Shown piece by piece: positions 10,876 to 23,854 of a stretch of 35,090 nucleotides of DNA. Location: assembly GCF_001194135.2 (NCBI RefSeq), contig NC_068983.1, forward strand, positions 10,711,065 to 10,746,154, written 5' to 3'. Position numbers and translations under genes: made by a program. The notes below the pieces were generated by a model. That model did no database searches, had not been told where the DNA came from, and was given only the letters and a program-made list of their open reading frames with translations. Source of the stretch: Octopus bimaculoides (Eukaryota). Position 1 is the stretch's first letter; each line of letters begins with the position of its first letter.

Positions 10876-11851
10876 TACTCACATACAGACATAGAGAGGC
10901 AGGCAGACGGACAGGCAAAGCCTAATTACCTCGTATACATTTTCTTAGAAGCGTGAGCACATATTTCTCTCACCGTCGTTCGCCCGTTCCGGCATTTGCT
11001 GCTAACAGTAATCTGTACACAACGGAAGGAAACAGATAATGGTTATCTAAAACTAAATAGTCATTTGAATAAATAAAGTACATCCACTTTTCGTGTTTTC
11101 ATTTCATTAGAAAGTAAAGTTTTCACAAGTGTCAGGGTTTTATCTTAGCATCTACGTTTCCTACACAAACAAAAGTTCTTATTAAGCCTCACATACAGAA
11201 AGTAATCCGAATGATAATCAATGTTTTCTTTGGTTTCGGTTTCTATGACAAATTTATATCATTTGTTTTGTTTCATTAGTAAGTATTTTGTTTTATTTAC
11301 TTAAGTTGTTTTATCATTTATTTATTGTTTGTTTGCTTGTTTTGTTTATGTATATACTTATTTATATTTATATTTATATTTACTTTATATTTACGTTAAC
11401 TGCAAGTTATTCTTGTTTTTTTAGTGTATTTCTTGTTTCTTTTCTCTTTGTTTTCATCGGTGGTAAATCTGAGATTTGTTAGACAACTAGAAAGCACCGC
11501 TCGCTCTTTGCTGTGCGTTGTAAGCGGGCACACACATTTTTGCAACCAGAACACAAAGGAAATTAATATACATACAAAAGGTTAGTTGCTTTGTATGTGC
11601 ATATAATGTGCTTAAAAGGTTAGTTGTCTTGTATCTGAGTAAAGTATACACAAAAAGTTAGTCACATGGAAAAAACTTGAACAACATCAGATTTTTTAAC
11701 ATACTAACTACTAAAATTACAGAAAACATTAATGAAAGTTGTGGTGTTCATTCGCTCGTTTTCCAGAATAAAAAAAAGCAAAAACCACTTCGACGAATTA
11801 CAATTAAGAATCAGATTCAGGTCGCGGGTCCAGTTTGCTGAGAGCTTATTA

Positions 11852-12503
11852 CGGATCTATTTCAAAACGGGGGCACCAGTATTTTCTTAACGAAACACTT
11901 TGAAACTTGGGACACTGGTAGAATGTGTCATATAAAACATCTTTTACTCTTAGTCTTCTTAACAAAAAAACGTACATCGCAAGTTATTCCATGTTAAAGT
12001 TGTCGTATTTCTGTAATTTCAACCAATCACTGACGTCTATTCAGCTGTATAGAGTTACTGCTGGGCGGTCATAAAAGTGTTATTCCCTGTGACATATTTC
12101 ATCCGGTTTAATCGTAATTTATACGCATATATTGTTTATATAATAAATTACGCTGTGCGTATCTATGTGTGTAACAATTTTAGAGTTCGGATTCTAGAGT
12201 TAGGGTTAGTTTTAGGGTTAGGGTTAGGGTTAACAGTCTAGTTAGGGTTAGGGTTAGGGTTAGGGGATTAATACGATATACACCGTTACAGCGCTAACTG
12301 TTTTCAACTGAATAGACGTCAGTGATTAGTAGAAATTATCGAAATAAGACAATTTTTTACATGAAATAAATTCGAATACAAAAATTTTTTTCTGTTCTAT
12401 AACACAAAATAGATAAGTATACGAAGTTTGAAAGTCTTTCGGTACCAAAAACACTACATAAAACATAAATGAAAACTGGTGCCCCCGTTTTGAAATAGAT
12501 CCC
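11852..12503. mobile_element. PIF/Harbinger-like foldback MITE, 652 bp, carrying telomeric repeats
   Basis: Perfect 28-bp TIR GGATCTATTTCAAAACGGGGGCACCAGT; TTA on both sides (11849-11851, 12504-12506); degenerate inverted arms continue inward to about 12047/12307. Confidence 0.85.
12200..12265 (+). repeat. Interstitial TTAGGG repeats (8 perfect units, 4 contiguous at 12242-12265)
   Basis: Direct reading. Confidence 0.97.
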
Positions 12504-13178
12504 TTATGACTTCATGGTGAACACCACAACACCACATCTACAATCATCCTTTTTTCGTTTTTGACACACGACTAGAGAGAAGAGGAATCAGTTATATTAC
12601 CACCATGACCGATATCCACTGGATTTGGTTTAAAAGAGACGATGAGCGATGGCTAGAGAAATATTAAGCTTCGTTTTTAATAACCAGTTGATCTAGCAAG
12701 CGGGGCCTCATATCAGTGAGTGGGGCCGGTACGCATTGATGCCGTCAAGAGGTAGGCCCCAAAACGGCGCGCATTCTATCCTGATGACCCCATACACTTG
12801 CTGGCTTCCGGTATGCGGAGTTCTCGACTGGTAGCACTTGCATGTGCGAGTTGTTTGCAAGACATATATATGTATTAAATTGGATGCAAAAACGCATTTC
12901 TATGGGAGTGAGTAAAATTAATGGCCTGGAGAGACGCAACTTCATCTCTCTCTTCTCTCTATTGCTACTACTATAATATTCACATACATCTACTCAATGC
13001 ATAGATACTCTTCTGTTCGCAAAGCCGATTTTTGTGGGAGTTGATCTCAGATCGTAAAGGACAAAACATCTCAAGGCATTTAATCCAACAATCTACTTTT
13101 CAATGTTTCCGTCCCCAACATCTTTAGAAATAATACATTTCTAAATCTCTCAGAGAGATTTATGCAGTAGTGATACGA

Positions 13179-13508
13179 TGAAGTAGTTGTATGCTGTCAA
13201 CTTAATGTGACAGTCCCCTGAAGGGAATAATACTACTGTTGGTTAGACCTAGGAAGCTGCACCGCTTCCTGTCGGCCTTGACACATTTCCTGTGTCCTTA
13301 TGTTTACATGACGAGCAAAGACTCAGAAACATGTCTCTGGATGCAGGCTTGGCTGGGAGGAGGTGCTTGTCTCCCCCTTGTAAACATAAGGACACAGGAA
13401 ATGTGTCAAGTCCGACAGGAAGCGGTGCAGCTTCCTAGGTCTAACCAACAGTAGTATTATTCCCTTCAGGGGACTGTCACATTAAGTTGACAGCATACAA
13501 CTACTTCA
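13179..13508. repeat. Near-perfect long inverted repeat: 130-bp arms, 70-bp spacer
   Basis: 13179-13308 versus the reverse complement of 13379-13508 shows 1 mismatch; CAACATCTTT direct repeats at 13116-13125 and 13507-13516. Confidence 0.95.
13309..13335 (+). ncRNA. Hammerhead-like core in the palindrome spacer (stem I missing)
   Basis: TGACGA-gcaaagactca-GAAA-CATG-TC with palindromic ACATGT stem III and a GUC triplet; stem II register is poor. Confidence 0.4.
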
Positions 13509-13538
13509 ACATCTTTGTTGATTGGAACAATAATAACT

Positions 13539-13826
13539 GACACTCCGTCAGTTACGACGTCGAGGGTTCCAGTTGATCCGATCAACGGAACAGCCTGCAC
13601 GTATAATTAACGTGCAAGTGGCTGAGCTCTCCACAGACACGTGTACCCTTAACGTAGTTCTCGGGGATATTCAGCGTGACACGGAATATAACAAGGCTAA
13701 ATCCTTTGAATTACAGGTACGACTCATTTTTGCCAGCTGAGTGGACTGGAGCAACGTGAAATAAGGTGCCCGACTCAAGGACACAACGCGCCGCCGGTTT
13801 GCGAACTCCCTAAGCCACACACCTTC
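13539..13826 (-). mobile_element. SINE family B with a deletion in its tRNA head
   Basis: Colinear with 33151-33480; the head collapses to gaaggtgtgtggcttag|ggagttcgc. Confidence 0.9.
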
Positions 13827-14002
13827 ACATCATCCGAATAAAGCTATAAGTATTTCGGGAAAACAGGATCGATTCAACCTCATTTATTTTGTTGATTACA
13901 GAAATATGACAGATAAAGGGGACCCCGACTCTATTTGATCTTATAAAATAAAGGTTTGCATCTAAATATTCCCGTCTGCTATTGTCTTATTAATGGTAAC
14001 AA

Positions 14003-14070
14003 AGGTGACGATCTGGCAGAACCGTTAGAGCTTTCTGGTATTTCTGCTGTCTCTTAATTTTCTGAATTCA
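14003..14070 (+). mobile_element. SINE family D head fragment
   Basis: aggtgacgatctggcagaaccgttag...ttctgaattca resembles the D head. Confidence 0.55.
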
Positions 14071-14586
14071 GAATGCATGCGATTTTTCTCTTTTTCTTTT
14101 CTTTTCTTTTTTTTTTTTTGTTTTGTTTTTCGAGTTTACAGCCATTACGAAAATCCTATGATATCTGAGGTGTATGCCGGTCGAAAGGGCTGCTACCAGC
14201 TGCAATACCACACAAACTCTGGTACAATGTCTGGTACAGAATCAATTAGGTATTGCTTCATGTGTATTACACAAACTATGAGTTACTTATAGAAACATCA
14301 GCGAACATATGCAGAAATTAGTCAATATATATGTCTTTAAATGTCGTGTAGCCCAGCCTAGAACATATTACCCACATAAGAGGTCTGGTTTGGCGCTTCT
14401 GTATTTGTCATTGCAACTTTTTGGGTAGACTGTACAAACACACACACATACACACACGTCCGAAAATGTTTAACGTTTCGGACTTGCATCTTTTGTCGTA
14501 AATAAATAAATAAAGAGAATAAAAGAAAGGAAAAGAAAACAGATAAGCTACATACGCATGCTTTGCTTCTCATTTTCCTTTTTAAA

Positions 14587-14620
14587 TTTCTGATGAAAGA
14601 CTTAACTCTGGAACGTTAAA
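14587..14620 (+). ncRNA. Degenerate Penelope-type hammerhead-like motif
   Basis: TTT-CTGATGA-a-AGA cttaac TCT-GGAAC-GTT/AAA. Perfect CUGAUGA, GAAA changed to GGAA, 3-bp stem I. Downstream sequence resembles that after 19640. Confidence 0.45.
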
Positions 14621-14861
14621 ATCTTTTCCATTTCTCTAAAGAATGAAAGTAATAACTATTATTGTGACTTTCATGACCTTGTGTGGTTATTTTCATTTTT
14701 ATAAATCTGTACTATACATCACTTACTTTCGTAAACCTCCACTCAATTCATTCTAGGAAATAGTATTTGGAAATTTAGCTAGAACTCATAAGATTACTAT
14801 TTCAGATTCTTGTGCGTGTGTGTATGTGTGTTTGTGTGTGCGTGTGTGTATGTGTATGTAC

Positions 14862-14962
14862 CTAGTACTTGTTCTATTGGCCACCTCTGCCGAGAAACTA
14901 AGTTACGAGGATGTAAACATACCAACACTGGCTGTGAAGTGGTGGTGGGGGCAAACACAGAC
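14862..14962 (-). mobile_element. SINE family A, 3'-half fragment
   Basis: ctagtactt.ttctatt...ctaagttacg.ggatgtaaac...caaacacagac, then (CA)n/(TA)n and a gap. Confidence 0.75.
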
Positions 14963-15025
14963 ATGAAGACACACACAGACACAGACACACAGATAGACAG
15001 ACAGACATACACACTCACACACACA

Positions 15026-15072
<47 letters not shown>

Positions 15073-15635
15073 NNNNNNNNNNNNNNNNNNNNNNNNNNNN
15101 NNNNNNNNNNNNNNNNNNNNNNNNNNNNNNNNNNNNNNNNNNNNNNNNNNNNNNNNNNNNNNNNNNNNNNNNNNNNNNNNNNNNNNNNNNNNNNNNNNNN
15201 NNNNNNNNNNNNNNNNNNNNNNNNNNNNNNNNNNNNNNNNNNNNNNNNNNNNNNNNNNNNNNNNNNNNNNNNNNNNNNNNNNNNNNNNNNNNNNNNNNNN
15301 NNNNNNNNNNNNNNNNNNNNNNNNNNNNNNNNNNNNNNNNNNNNNNNNNNNNNNNNNNNNNNNNNNNNNNNNNNNNNNNNNNNNNNNNNNNNNNNNNNNN
15401 NNNNNNNNNNNNNNNNNNNNNNNNNNNNNNNNNNNNNNNNNNNNNNNNNNNNNNNNNNNNNNNNNNNNNNNNNNNNNNNNNNNNNNNNNNNNNNNNNNNN
15501 NNNNNNNNNNNNNNNNNNNNNNNNNNNNNNNNNNNNNNNNNNNNNNNNNNNNNNNNNNNNNNNNNNNNNNNNNNNNNNNNNNNNNNNNNNNNNNNNNNNN
15601 NNNNNNNNNNNNNNNNNNNNNNNNNNNNNNNNNNN

Positions 15636-15672
<37 letters not shown>

Positions 15673-16285
15673 GAAACTTGTGAATCAAAGAACACAAGTG
15701 CTTCCTCCATATCCATTTCTTTATATAGGGAAGAGCTCTTATTTCAAACATTATATATAGAAGAGGCGAATGTTTTCAAGTTTAATCATCTTTAGCTATT
15801 TTTCATATTTCTCTATCGATCGTGTATATTTAGCTTAGAACACTAATGCTCCAAAGTCCAACAAGGTTTCAAAACCTTATCAGCCCCATCTTCCGAATGA
15901 ATTGATAATAATTGATAACTTTGTTGTTAACTTTTGGGTGAATGACATCGTAACAGCTAAAATCATCTTCACTGGATTTAAAATAGCTTAATGAATAACT
16001 CCAAATTAGTTTAAGATTTAATTCTAGATCCGGCGTTGATGATTCTTATCAAATATGACATTATTCTCATGATCTTTTGCTGCTTATTACAAAATGCATC
16101 AATAATTTACCGTTGTCTGTACTTAGCGCTAAAAAGGAAACCAGGAAGGTCTTGGATGGTTAACTAATTTAGAATAATAAAGAAAAATAATTAATGAACT
16201 AATTAAACTCGAACGCATTTTCAGTATAACACACAGACACAAACACATACACGCAATATTATTATTATTACTTGATATATATATA

Positions 16286-16465
16286 AGGTGACAAACTGGC
16301 AGAGTCGTTTGTGCATGCGTGCAAAATGTTTAGCTGCATTTCCCTCGGCGCTTTACATTCTGAGTTCGAATCCCACCATGGCTATCTTTGCCTTTCATCT
16401 TTTTATGATCGATGAAATAAAGTACCAGCCAAGTATTAGAGTTGACGTGATCGAGTTGCCAAAAA
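16286..16465 (+). mobile_element. Degraded SINE family D copy
   Basis: ctggcagagtcgtt head, B box GAGTTCGAATCCC, ctttgcctttcatc...aataaagtaccag. Confidence 0.75.
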
Positions 16466-16749
16466 TTTTAACAATTATTACTTTACATATAACTTGTACA
16501 GCGGGATATTCGTTTCATCGGCAGCCGATTGGTGATCACAATGATTTCGACACCTTCTGGCGATATCCCTCCCTCGAGCGGCGATGTATTGATGCGACCA
16601 TAATATAATCTGATTATTTTAATACACAATCTATCGAAATTGTTTTTCTCCATTTATCTACCTCAATAAATTGGAATCAGCTGTAACAGGACTCAAGCTA
16701 CGCTACCACATTTTGTTTTACTATTTGCTAAGGATTTGTCCTTTGCTCC

Positions 16750-17460
16750 CAGTTTTGGTCTTTTCTCACAAGACACTGCCATATCCATAATGATGCAATT
16801 TTGCTTCCATCTCCAGTTCGTCAACTGCTCAGATGTCCTTTATAAGTCAAGTACCAAACAGGTATAATATCGTGGATATAGCTGTAGTTCACGACATTCT
16901 ACCCCGAACTCCTTCATATACTAGACCTTTCCTTTCATGTACCCGCTTCATATTGCTTTCTCAATGTACCGTCGACTCAACAACCGGGACATTTTCTTAA
17001 AAAGTCAGACTAAGCCATAAAGTTTGGGCGTTGTTTCGTTATTGCAATATTTTAACACGGTAGCTGTTCCTTCCAGGTATTAGCTCTGTTCCGAACTTTA
17101 AGACTACTTGGCTTTCCTTTGTTTATGCCCATGCGTTACCCTTTTTTGCTATCCCTGTGGAAAACACAGAATCCAAAAATCTGTGGATTCTCATCACATT
17201 CTATGTTGCATTGTTGTTTTAGTACATAAGTAAAGATGCTCGAGAACACTTAGTCATACTCTGCAAGGGATTCCTTGCATGCTGCAAGAATTAGGCTCCA
17301 ACAATGTCATCATACCGATGTCTACAAGTAGCGGCACTCTAACCCTACTCGTTAATTTTAGTCCAAGAAGGGAGAATATCGTACACTGCTCTCATGACAA
17401 AAATCATAACTTGGTTCGTTCCATATTTTACATGCGGCACGATAGTCTGTTTTACACATC
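16750..17460 (-). pseudogene. Decayed Hero-like (RLE-type) non-LTR retrotransposon, C-terminal zinc-knuckle/endonuclease region
   Basis: KIWNEPSYDFVMRAVYDILPS (17428-17366), TLLEPNSCS, RPNFM, PVVESTVH*ESNMKRVHERK (16987-16928) and KIASLWIWQC (16802-16773), in the order of the Hero motifs FLIQSVYDVLPS / TLEHILSC / RPD / LELTVPWE-RMEEA-ERK / ASRWLW. Confidence 0.72.
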
Positions 17461-17778
17461 TGTTTTACACATGTCATATTAACAAGATAAACATCACCAG
17501 TTAAGATTTTAAGTATAAATTAAGAAGTTTGAGTGCCAATATCAGCTGGTCTTCGAGAATATTTTGACACGCCCAAATACATACACGCAGGCACACGCAC
17601 AACACACGTATATACATCAGTTCTAGCCACTTTATACTTAGTTACTCAAAGTATCATGCCCGAAGCTAATTCTCATACAGACGTAGGCGCTTAGTAGAGA
17701 GAATTCATGTACTTTACTCTCAGATATCGAGTTCTTTTTATTTTGTTCGTCGAGTTAATATGTAGCTAATATCTAGAC

Positions 17779-18581
<803 letters not shown>

Positions 18582-19447
18582 NNNNNNNNNNNNNNNNNNN
18601 NNNNNNNNNNNNNNNNNNNNNNNNNNNNNNNNNNNNNNNNNNNNNNNNNNNNNNNNNNNNNNNNNNNNNNNNNNNNNNNNNNNNNNNNNNNNNNNNNNNN
18701 NNNNNNNNNNNNNNNNNNNNNNNNNNNNNNNNNNNNNNNNNNNNNNNNNNNNNNNNNNNNNNNNNNNNNNNNNNNNNNNNNNNNNNNNNNNNNNNNNNNN
18801 NNNNNNNNNNNNNNNNNNNNNNNNNNNNNNNNNNNNNNNNNNNNNNNNNNNNNNNNNNNNNNNNNNNNNNNNNNNNNNNNNNNNNNNNNNNNNNNNNNNN
18901 NNNNNNNNNNNNNNNNNNNNNNNNNNNNNNNNNNNNNNNNNNNNNNNNNNNNNNNNNNNNNNNNNNNNNNNNNNNNNNNNNNNNNNNNNNNNNNNNNNNN
19001 NNNNNNNNNNNNNNNNNNNNNNNNNNNNNNNNNNNNNNNNNNNNNNNNNNNNNNNNNNNNNNNNNNNNNNNNNNNNNNNNNNNNNNNNNNNNNNNNNNNN
19101 NNNNNNNNNNNNNNNNNNNNNNNNNNNNNNNNNNNNNNNNNNNNNNNNNNNNNNNNNNNNNNNNNNNNNNNNNNNNNNNNNNNNNNNNNNNNNNNNNNNN
19201 NNNNNNNNNNNNNNNNNNNNNNNNNNNNNNNNNNNNNNNNNNNNNNNNNNNNNNNNNNNNNNNNNNNNNNNNNNNNNNNNNNNNNNNNNNNNNNNNNNNN
19301 NNNNNNNNNNNNNNNNNNNNNNNNNNNNNNNNNNNNNNNNNNNNNNNNNNNNNNNNNNNNNNNNNNNNNNNNNNNNNNNNNNNNNNNNNNNNNNNNNNNN
19401 NNNNNNNNNNNNNNNNNNNNNNNNNNNNNNNNNNNNNNNNNNNNNNN

Positions 19448-19488
<41 letters not shown>

Positions 19489-19610
19489 TCTTCCCCCTTT
19501 CTTAGCTCTCCTGTGTGAACCTTCTGTCCGGCATTCACCATGATAGATCGCTGACCACTACATTTATATTTTTTTTCTCCTTGTTTCTCTCCTTATTTCT
19601 TTCTGTGTTC

Positions 19611-19646
19611 CTTTCAGTTGAAGAGCGTAGGCTCGAAACGTCAAAG
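19611..19646 (+). ncRNA. Degenerate Penelope-type hammerhead-like motif within a ~290-bp island between (TA)n tracts
   Basis: CTTT-CAGTTGA-a-GAGC gtag GCTC-GAAA-CG-TC/AAAG: 4-bp stem I, 4-bp stem II, palindromic ACGT, GUC triplet; two core substitutions. Confidence 0.55.
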
Positions 19647-19799
19647 ACTTTCTCTATTCGCGAGCGTTAAACTAATACATCCATTTGTTGTTTACACCAC
19701 CTGTCTTCGTCTGTTGTTTTTTTCGTAAATTCTCCCATATATATATATATATATATATTATAGTTGTTTGAATCAAATTTGGAGTTGAACAATATTCTG

Positions 19800-20010
19800 T
19801 GGCCTTGCGAAGGCCATTCTTCAGAGAATAATGGAGGGAATGACGGACAGAGAAAAAGATTGACGGACAATTTCAAGGAATGGACCAGCAAACCAGAAAA
19901 TCATTAACGGAGACCCGAGCTTGGGTACACGGTTGTGATAGATAAAGAAGATTAATGCAAAGTTTACTACAACGGTACCCTTACCGCACCATCAAAGTTG
20001 AGGGCCTATG
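19800..20010 (+). pseudogene. RTE-like LINE 3'-end remnant
   Basis: GLAKAILQRIMEG then, after a frameshift, GQRKRLTDNFKEWTS; resembles the RTE C-terminus KTILQGTVEG..RGRQRKRWTDNIKEWTG. Confidence 0.65.
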
Positions 20011-21209
20011 TAAGGAAGCGTTGATTTTTTTCGTTTTATTTCGTTGACTGAGTTTCAGACGATAGAAAAATTATCGTAGACCATGGGTCGAGTACAAGGG
20101 TCAGAAAAAGAAGTCAGAATTGGTCATTGGGAGCTTATGTGGATATCGAAGGATATCGCTAAACACCTGAAACGATCTTGAACATGAACAGTGCTAGATT
20201 ATTTAGCGAACTGAATCTAGAAGAACGAGGTTATTTAAGGCTAAAACTCGCTAATTTCCAGTCAAATATTAATGCAATATTTATGAAACTCATATCTCAC
20301 GTTAAATATTTTTATTATATCAATATTATACGACTGAATCTTTTCACTCAATTTCGTTAAATATTTTCAATATTTTCTTTATTAAATAGTGGTAATGACA
20401 CAAAAGAACGAAGGAATTATTGTTTTCAAATCAAGAAATTTTTTCATTGATTACACTTTATAATTTGCTTCAGAAGTTCACATGATAGGTGTCGATATTC
20501 TATGACAGAGGCAATGATATAATAAGTTAACCGACCCCTACTCGATATGTATATTAGTAGATGCTGGAGATGTACTTCATTAGGGTTTAATCCCAAATTA
20601 GCTCTGATTGAGAAAAGACTTTTGTCACTCTTTCAAACGGTTATTTGAGACCCACCGATATAATATGTATAATCGCTTCATAAAACCTCATATTGTGATC
20701 TCCAACATGTGGTAGGCTCTCATTCAGGGTATTCTAATGCAAAGGTAGGGAAAGGGGATGGGAATTTCCTTTTTATTTACTGTCCAGTCTGTTGTTCTTT
20801 AGCTCCAGTCCGGGGTCTCCCTTGATTGAGCAGAACTATGGTAAAAAGCATTCCAGCCGTGTCTACCATCTTTTCACTACGTGCAGGGTACCCAAGGTGA
20901 CATCATCCAGTATCCCTTTTCCATGGATTCACTTGGTCAGAGTTGACCATGAGTTAATTTAGCAAAAACGAAAACGATTCCAATTTCACCACCAACCAAC
21001 TCCAGCGTACCACCGCTCTATCTTTATGTTTCCATTGCCACAAGGTGGGTCAATGCAAACCAGACGAGTCATCATATGTATAGCGAAGGGGCCTAAGAGC
21101 TACTCTCCCCGAGGACATAGAATTTAAGCCATTCCCGTTTGATCTGCTAAAACGGTAAGAACTCATCCGTTTGGGTTGATGGAAAATATATATATTCGCT
21201 CTACTACTC

Positions 21210-21279
21210 ACCACCAGCACCACCAGCACCACCACCACCACCAGCAGCAGCAGCAGCACCACCACCACCACCACCACCA
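21210..21279. repeat. (CAC)n/(CAG)n trinucleotide tract running into a gap
   Basis: Direct reading. Confidence 0.95.
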
Positions 21280-22247
21280 NNNNNNNNNNNNNNNNNNNNN
21301 NNNNNNNNNNNNNNNNNNNNNNNNNNNNNNNNNNNNNNNNNNNNNNNNNNNNNNNNNNNNNNNNNNNNNNNNNNNNNNNNNNNNNNNNNNNNNNNNNNNN
21401 NNNNNNNNNNNNNNNNNNNNNNNNNNNNNNNNNNNNNNNNNNNNNNNNNNNNNNNNNNNNNNNNNNNNNNNNNNNNNNNNNNNNNNNNNNNNNNNNNNNN
21501 NNNNNNNNNNNNNNNNNNNNNNNNNNNNNNNNNNNNNNNNNNNNNNNNNNNNNNNNNNNNNNNNNNNNNNNNNNNNNNNNNNNNNNNNNNNNNNNNNNNN
21601 NNNNNNNNNNNNNNNNNNNNNNNNNNNNNNNNNNNNNNNNNNNNNNNNNNNNNNNNNNNNNNNNNNNNNNNNNNNNNNNNNNNNNNNNNNNNNNNNNNNN
21701 NNNNNNNNNNNNNNNNNNNNNNNNNNNNNNNNNNNNNNNNNNNNNNNNNNNNNNNNNNNNNNNNNNNNNNNNNNNNNNNNNNNNNNNNNNNNNNNNNNNN
21801 NNNNNNNNNNNNNNNNNNNNNNNNNNNNNNNNNNNNNNNNNNNNNNNNNNNNNNNNNNNNNNNNNNNNNNNNNNNNNNNNNNNNNNNNNNNNNNNNNNNN
21901 NNNNNNNNNNNNNNNNNNNNNNNNNNNNNNNNNNNNNNNNNNNNNNNNNNNNNNNNNNNNNNNNNNNNNNNNNNNNNNNNNNNNNNNNNNNNNNNNNNNN
22001 NNNNNNNNNNNNNNNNNNNNNNNNNNNNNNNNNNNNNNNNNNNNNNNNNNNNNNNNNNNNNNNNNNNNNNNNNNNNNNNNNNNNNNNNNNNNNNNNNNNN
22101 NNNNNNNNNNNNNNNNNNNNNNNNNNTTTCGAAAGGAAGACAAGAAAGAAAGAAAGCTTCGTTGTTCTTGGGTATCGTTGAGTTGAAGAAATGTAGGAAA
22201 AAACAAAAACAAAAACAAAATGTTCCGATTAGCATATAGGTGTCTTT

Positions 22248-22296
22248 GTGTTGTGTGTGTGTGCACGCACGGGTATGTGTGTGTGTGTGTGTGTGT

Positions 22297-22337
<41 letters not shown>

Positions 22338-22555
22338 ACAGACAGGGAGAGAGAAAGAGAAAGCTTGATATTAGAATAGACAGAGATAAGCAGAGAGAGA
22401 GAGAGAGAGAAGAGAGAAAGTGCATGAAAGAGAGAGGGGGTGAAAGACACGTAGAGAATGAGAGAGGGAGAGACAACCAGAAAGAGTGTGTTTGTATGTG
22501 TGTACGTGTGTGTGTGTGTATGTGAGGGAGAGAGAGAGAAAGAGGTAAATAGATG

Positions 22556-22623
<68 letters not shown>

Positions 22624-22633
22624 NNNNNNNNNN

Positions 22634-22697
<64 letters not shown>

Positions 22698-22710
22698 GAC
22701 AGACAGAGAG
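22248..22710. repeat. Compound (TG)n/(GA)n/(GACA)n microsatellite field
   Basis: Direct reading. Confidence 0.93.
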
Positions 22711-23227
22711 GCTTTCGAAGTGAGAATGTAAATATGACTTTAGTATATATTTGTAGTGTGGCTGTGGTATGTCGTATGCGTATATGTGTGTATGTAAAGG
22801 GAAATTTTAACTGCAGAATAACAAGTATTTTAGTATTCCCAAGCTACACAGTAATTCAATGGATATATATTTGCACGACGTTCTGAATACATTCCTACCT
22901 AATAAGATAATATAGGCATCAGGGCCGGCTGAAAATGGTGGCAATTTGAGTAGTTTTGTAGGGGGCGCCACGTCATCGTTTTGGGATCTTTTAGATGCAA
23001 ACCGAAAACGTGAGAAATTCCTTGAGTGGAGCCAAGCTTATTAGAGATGTGATGTAGACGAGTGTAGGAGTGGACGTAAATATTGTCGGCCAAACTATGC
23101 AGAGCATCTCTAGTTTCATTAATTGTGTCACTAATTAAATGATTATCGGGCAAATGAATATGAAAGGACACGAGAACCAGTTAAATGTGTGCGTGTGTGT
23201 GTATAGCTGATTCGTTATCTGTTACAT

Positions 23228-23454
23228 TTTTTCAGTCATTAGACTGCGGTCATGTTGGGATACCGCCTTGAAAAATGTTTAGTCGAACGAAACGACCATT
23301 TTGTTTTAAGCCTGATAGTTATTTTATCGGTCTCTTGCTGAACCGTCAATTTATTGGGACGTAAACAAAACGACACCGGTTACCAAGTGGTGGTAGGACG
23401 CACACACATATTCGACGGGATTCTTTCAGTTTCCCTTTACCAAATCCACTCACA
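23228..23454 (-). mobile_element. SINE family A, 5'-truncated
   Basis: ttcagtcattagactgcgg...ttctttcagtttcc...ccaaatccactcaca, then (CA)n. Confidence 0.82.
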
Positions 23455-23755
23455 CACGCACACACACAGACACACACACCAACACAAAAAAACACGCACT
23501 CACACACACACACACTCTCTCTCTCTCTCTCTCACTTTTCCTCACCCTCTCTTACTATCCTATATCTCTCTCTACACACTCNNNNNNNNNNNNNNNNNNN
23601 NNNNNNNNNNNNNNNNNNNNNNNNNNNNNNNNNNNNNNNNNNNNNNNNNNNNNNNNNNNNNNNNNNNNNNNNNNNNNNNNNNNNNNNNNNNNNNNNNNNN
23701 NNNNNNNNNNNNNNNNNNNNNNNNNNNNNNNNNNNNNNNNNNNNNNNNNNNNNNN

Positions 23756-23800
<45 letters not shown>

Positions 23801-23815
23801 CATATATATATATAC

Positions 23816-23854
<39 letters not shown>

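Noticed and set aside
12200-12265. Chromosome end or true telomere
   Set aside because: The tract is short, interrupted and enclosed by TIRs and a TSD in the middle of the window.
12520-12667. Stop-free stretch (FVFDTRLERRGISYITTMTDIHWIWFKRDDERWLEKY) as a possible exon
   Set aside because: No recognisable domain or clear splice sites; the length is compatible with chance.
12781-12830. CTGATGA followed by a hairpin (hammerhead candidate)
   Set aside because: No GAAA or cleavage-site helix follows.
16740-16860. R4/Dong-like reading NCIIMDMAVS
   Set aside because: An alternative frame (KIASLWIWQC) fits the colinear Hero-like C-terminus better.
21176-21279. Poly-His/Gln ORF suggestive of a transcription-factor exon
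   Set aside because: It is a pure CAC/CAG tract running into a gap with no flanking domain or supportable splice context. It cannot be excluded, but there is no evidence for it.
22920-22935. CAGGGCCGGC hAT-like terminus
   Set aside because: No partner inverted terminus or 8-bp TSD was found nearby.
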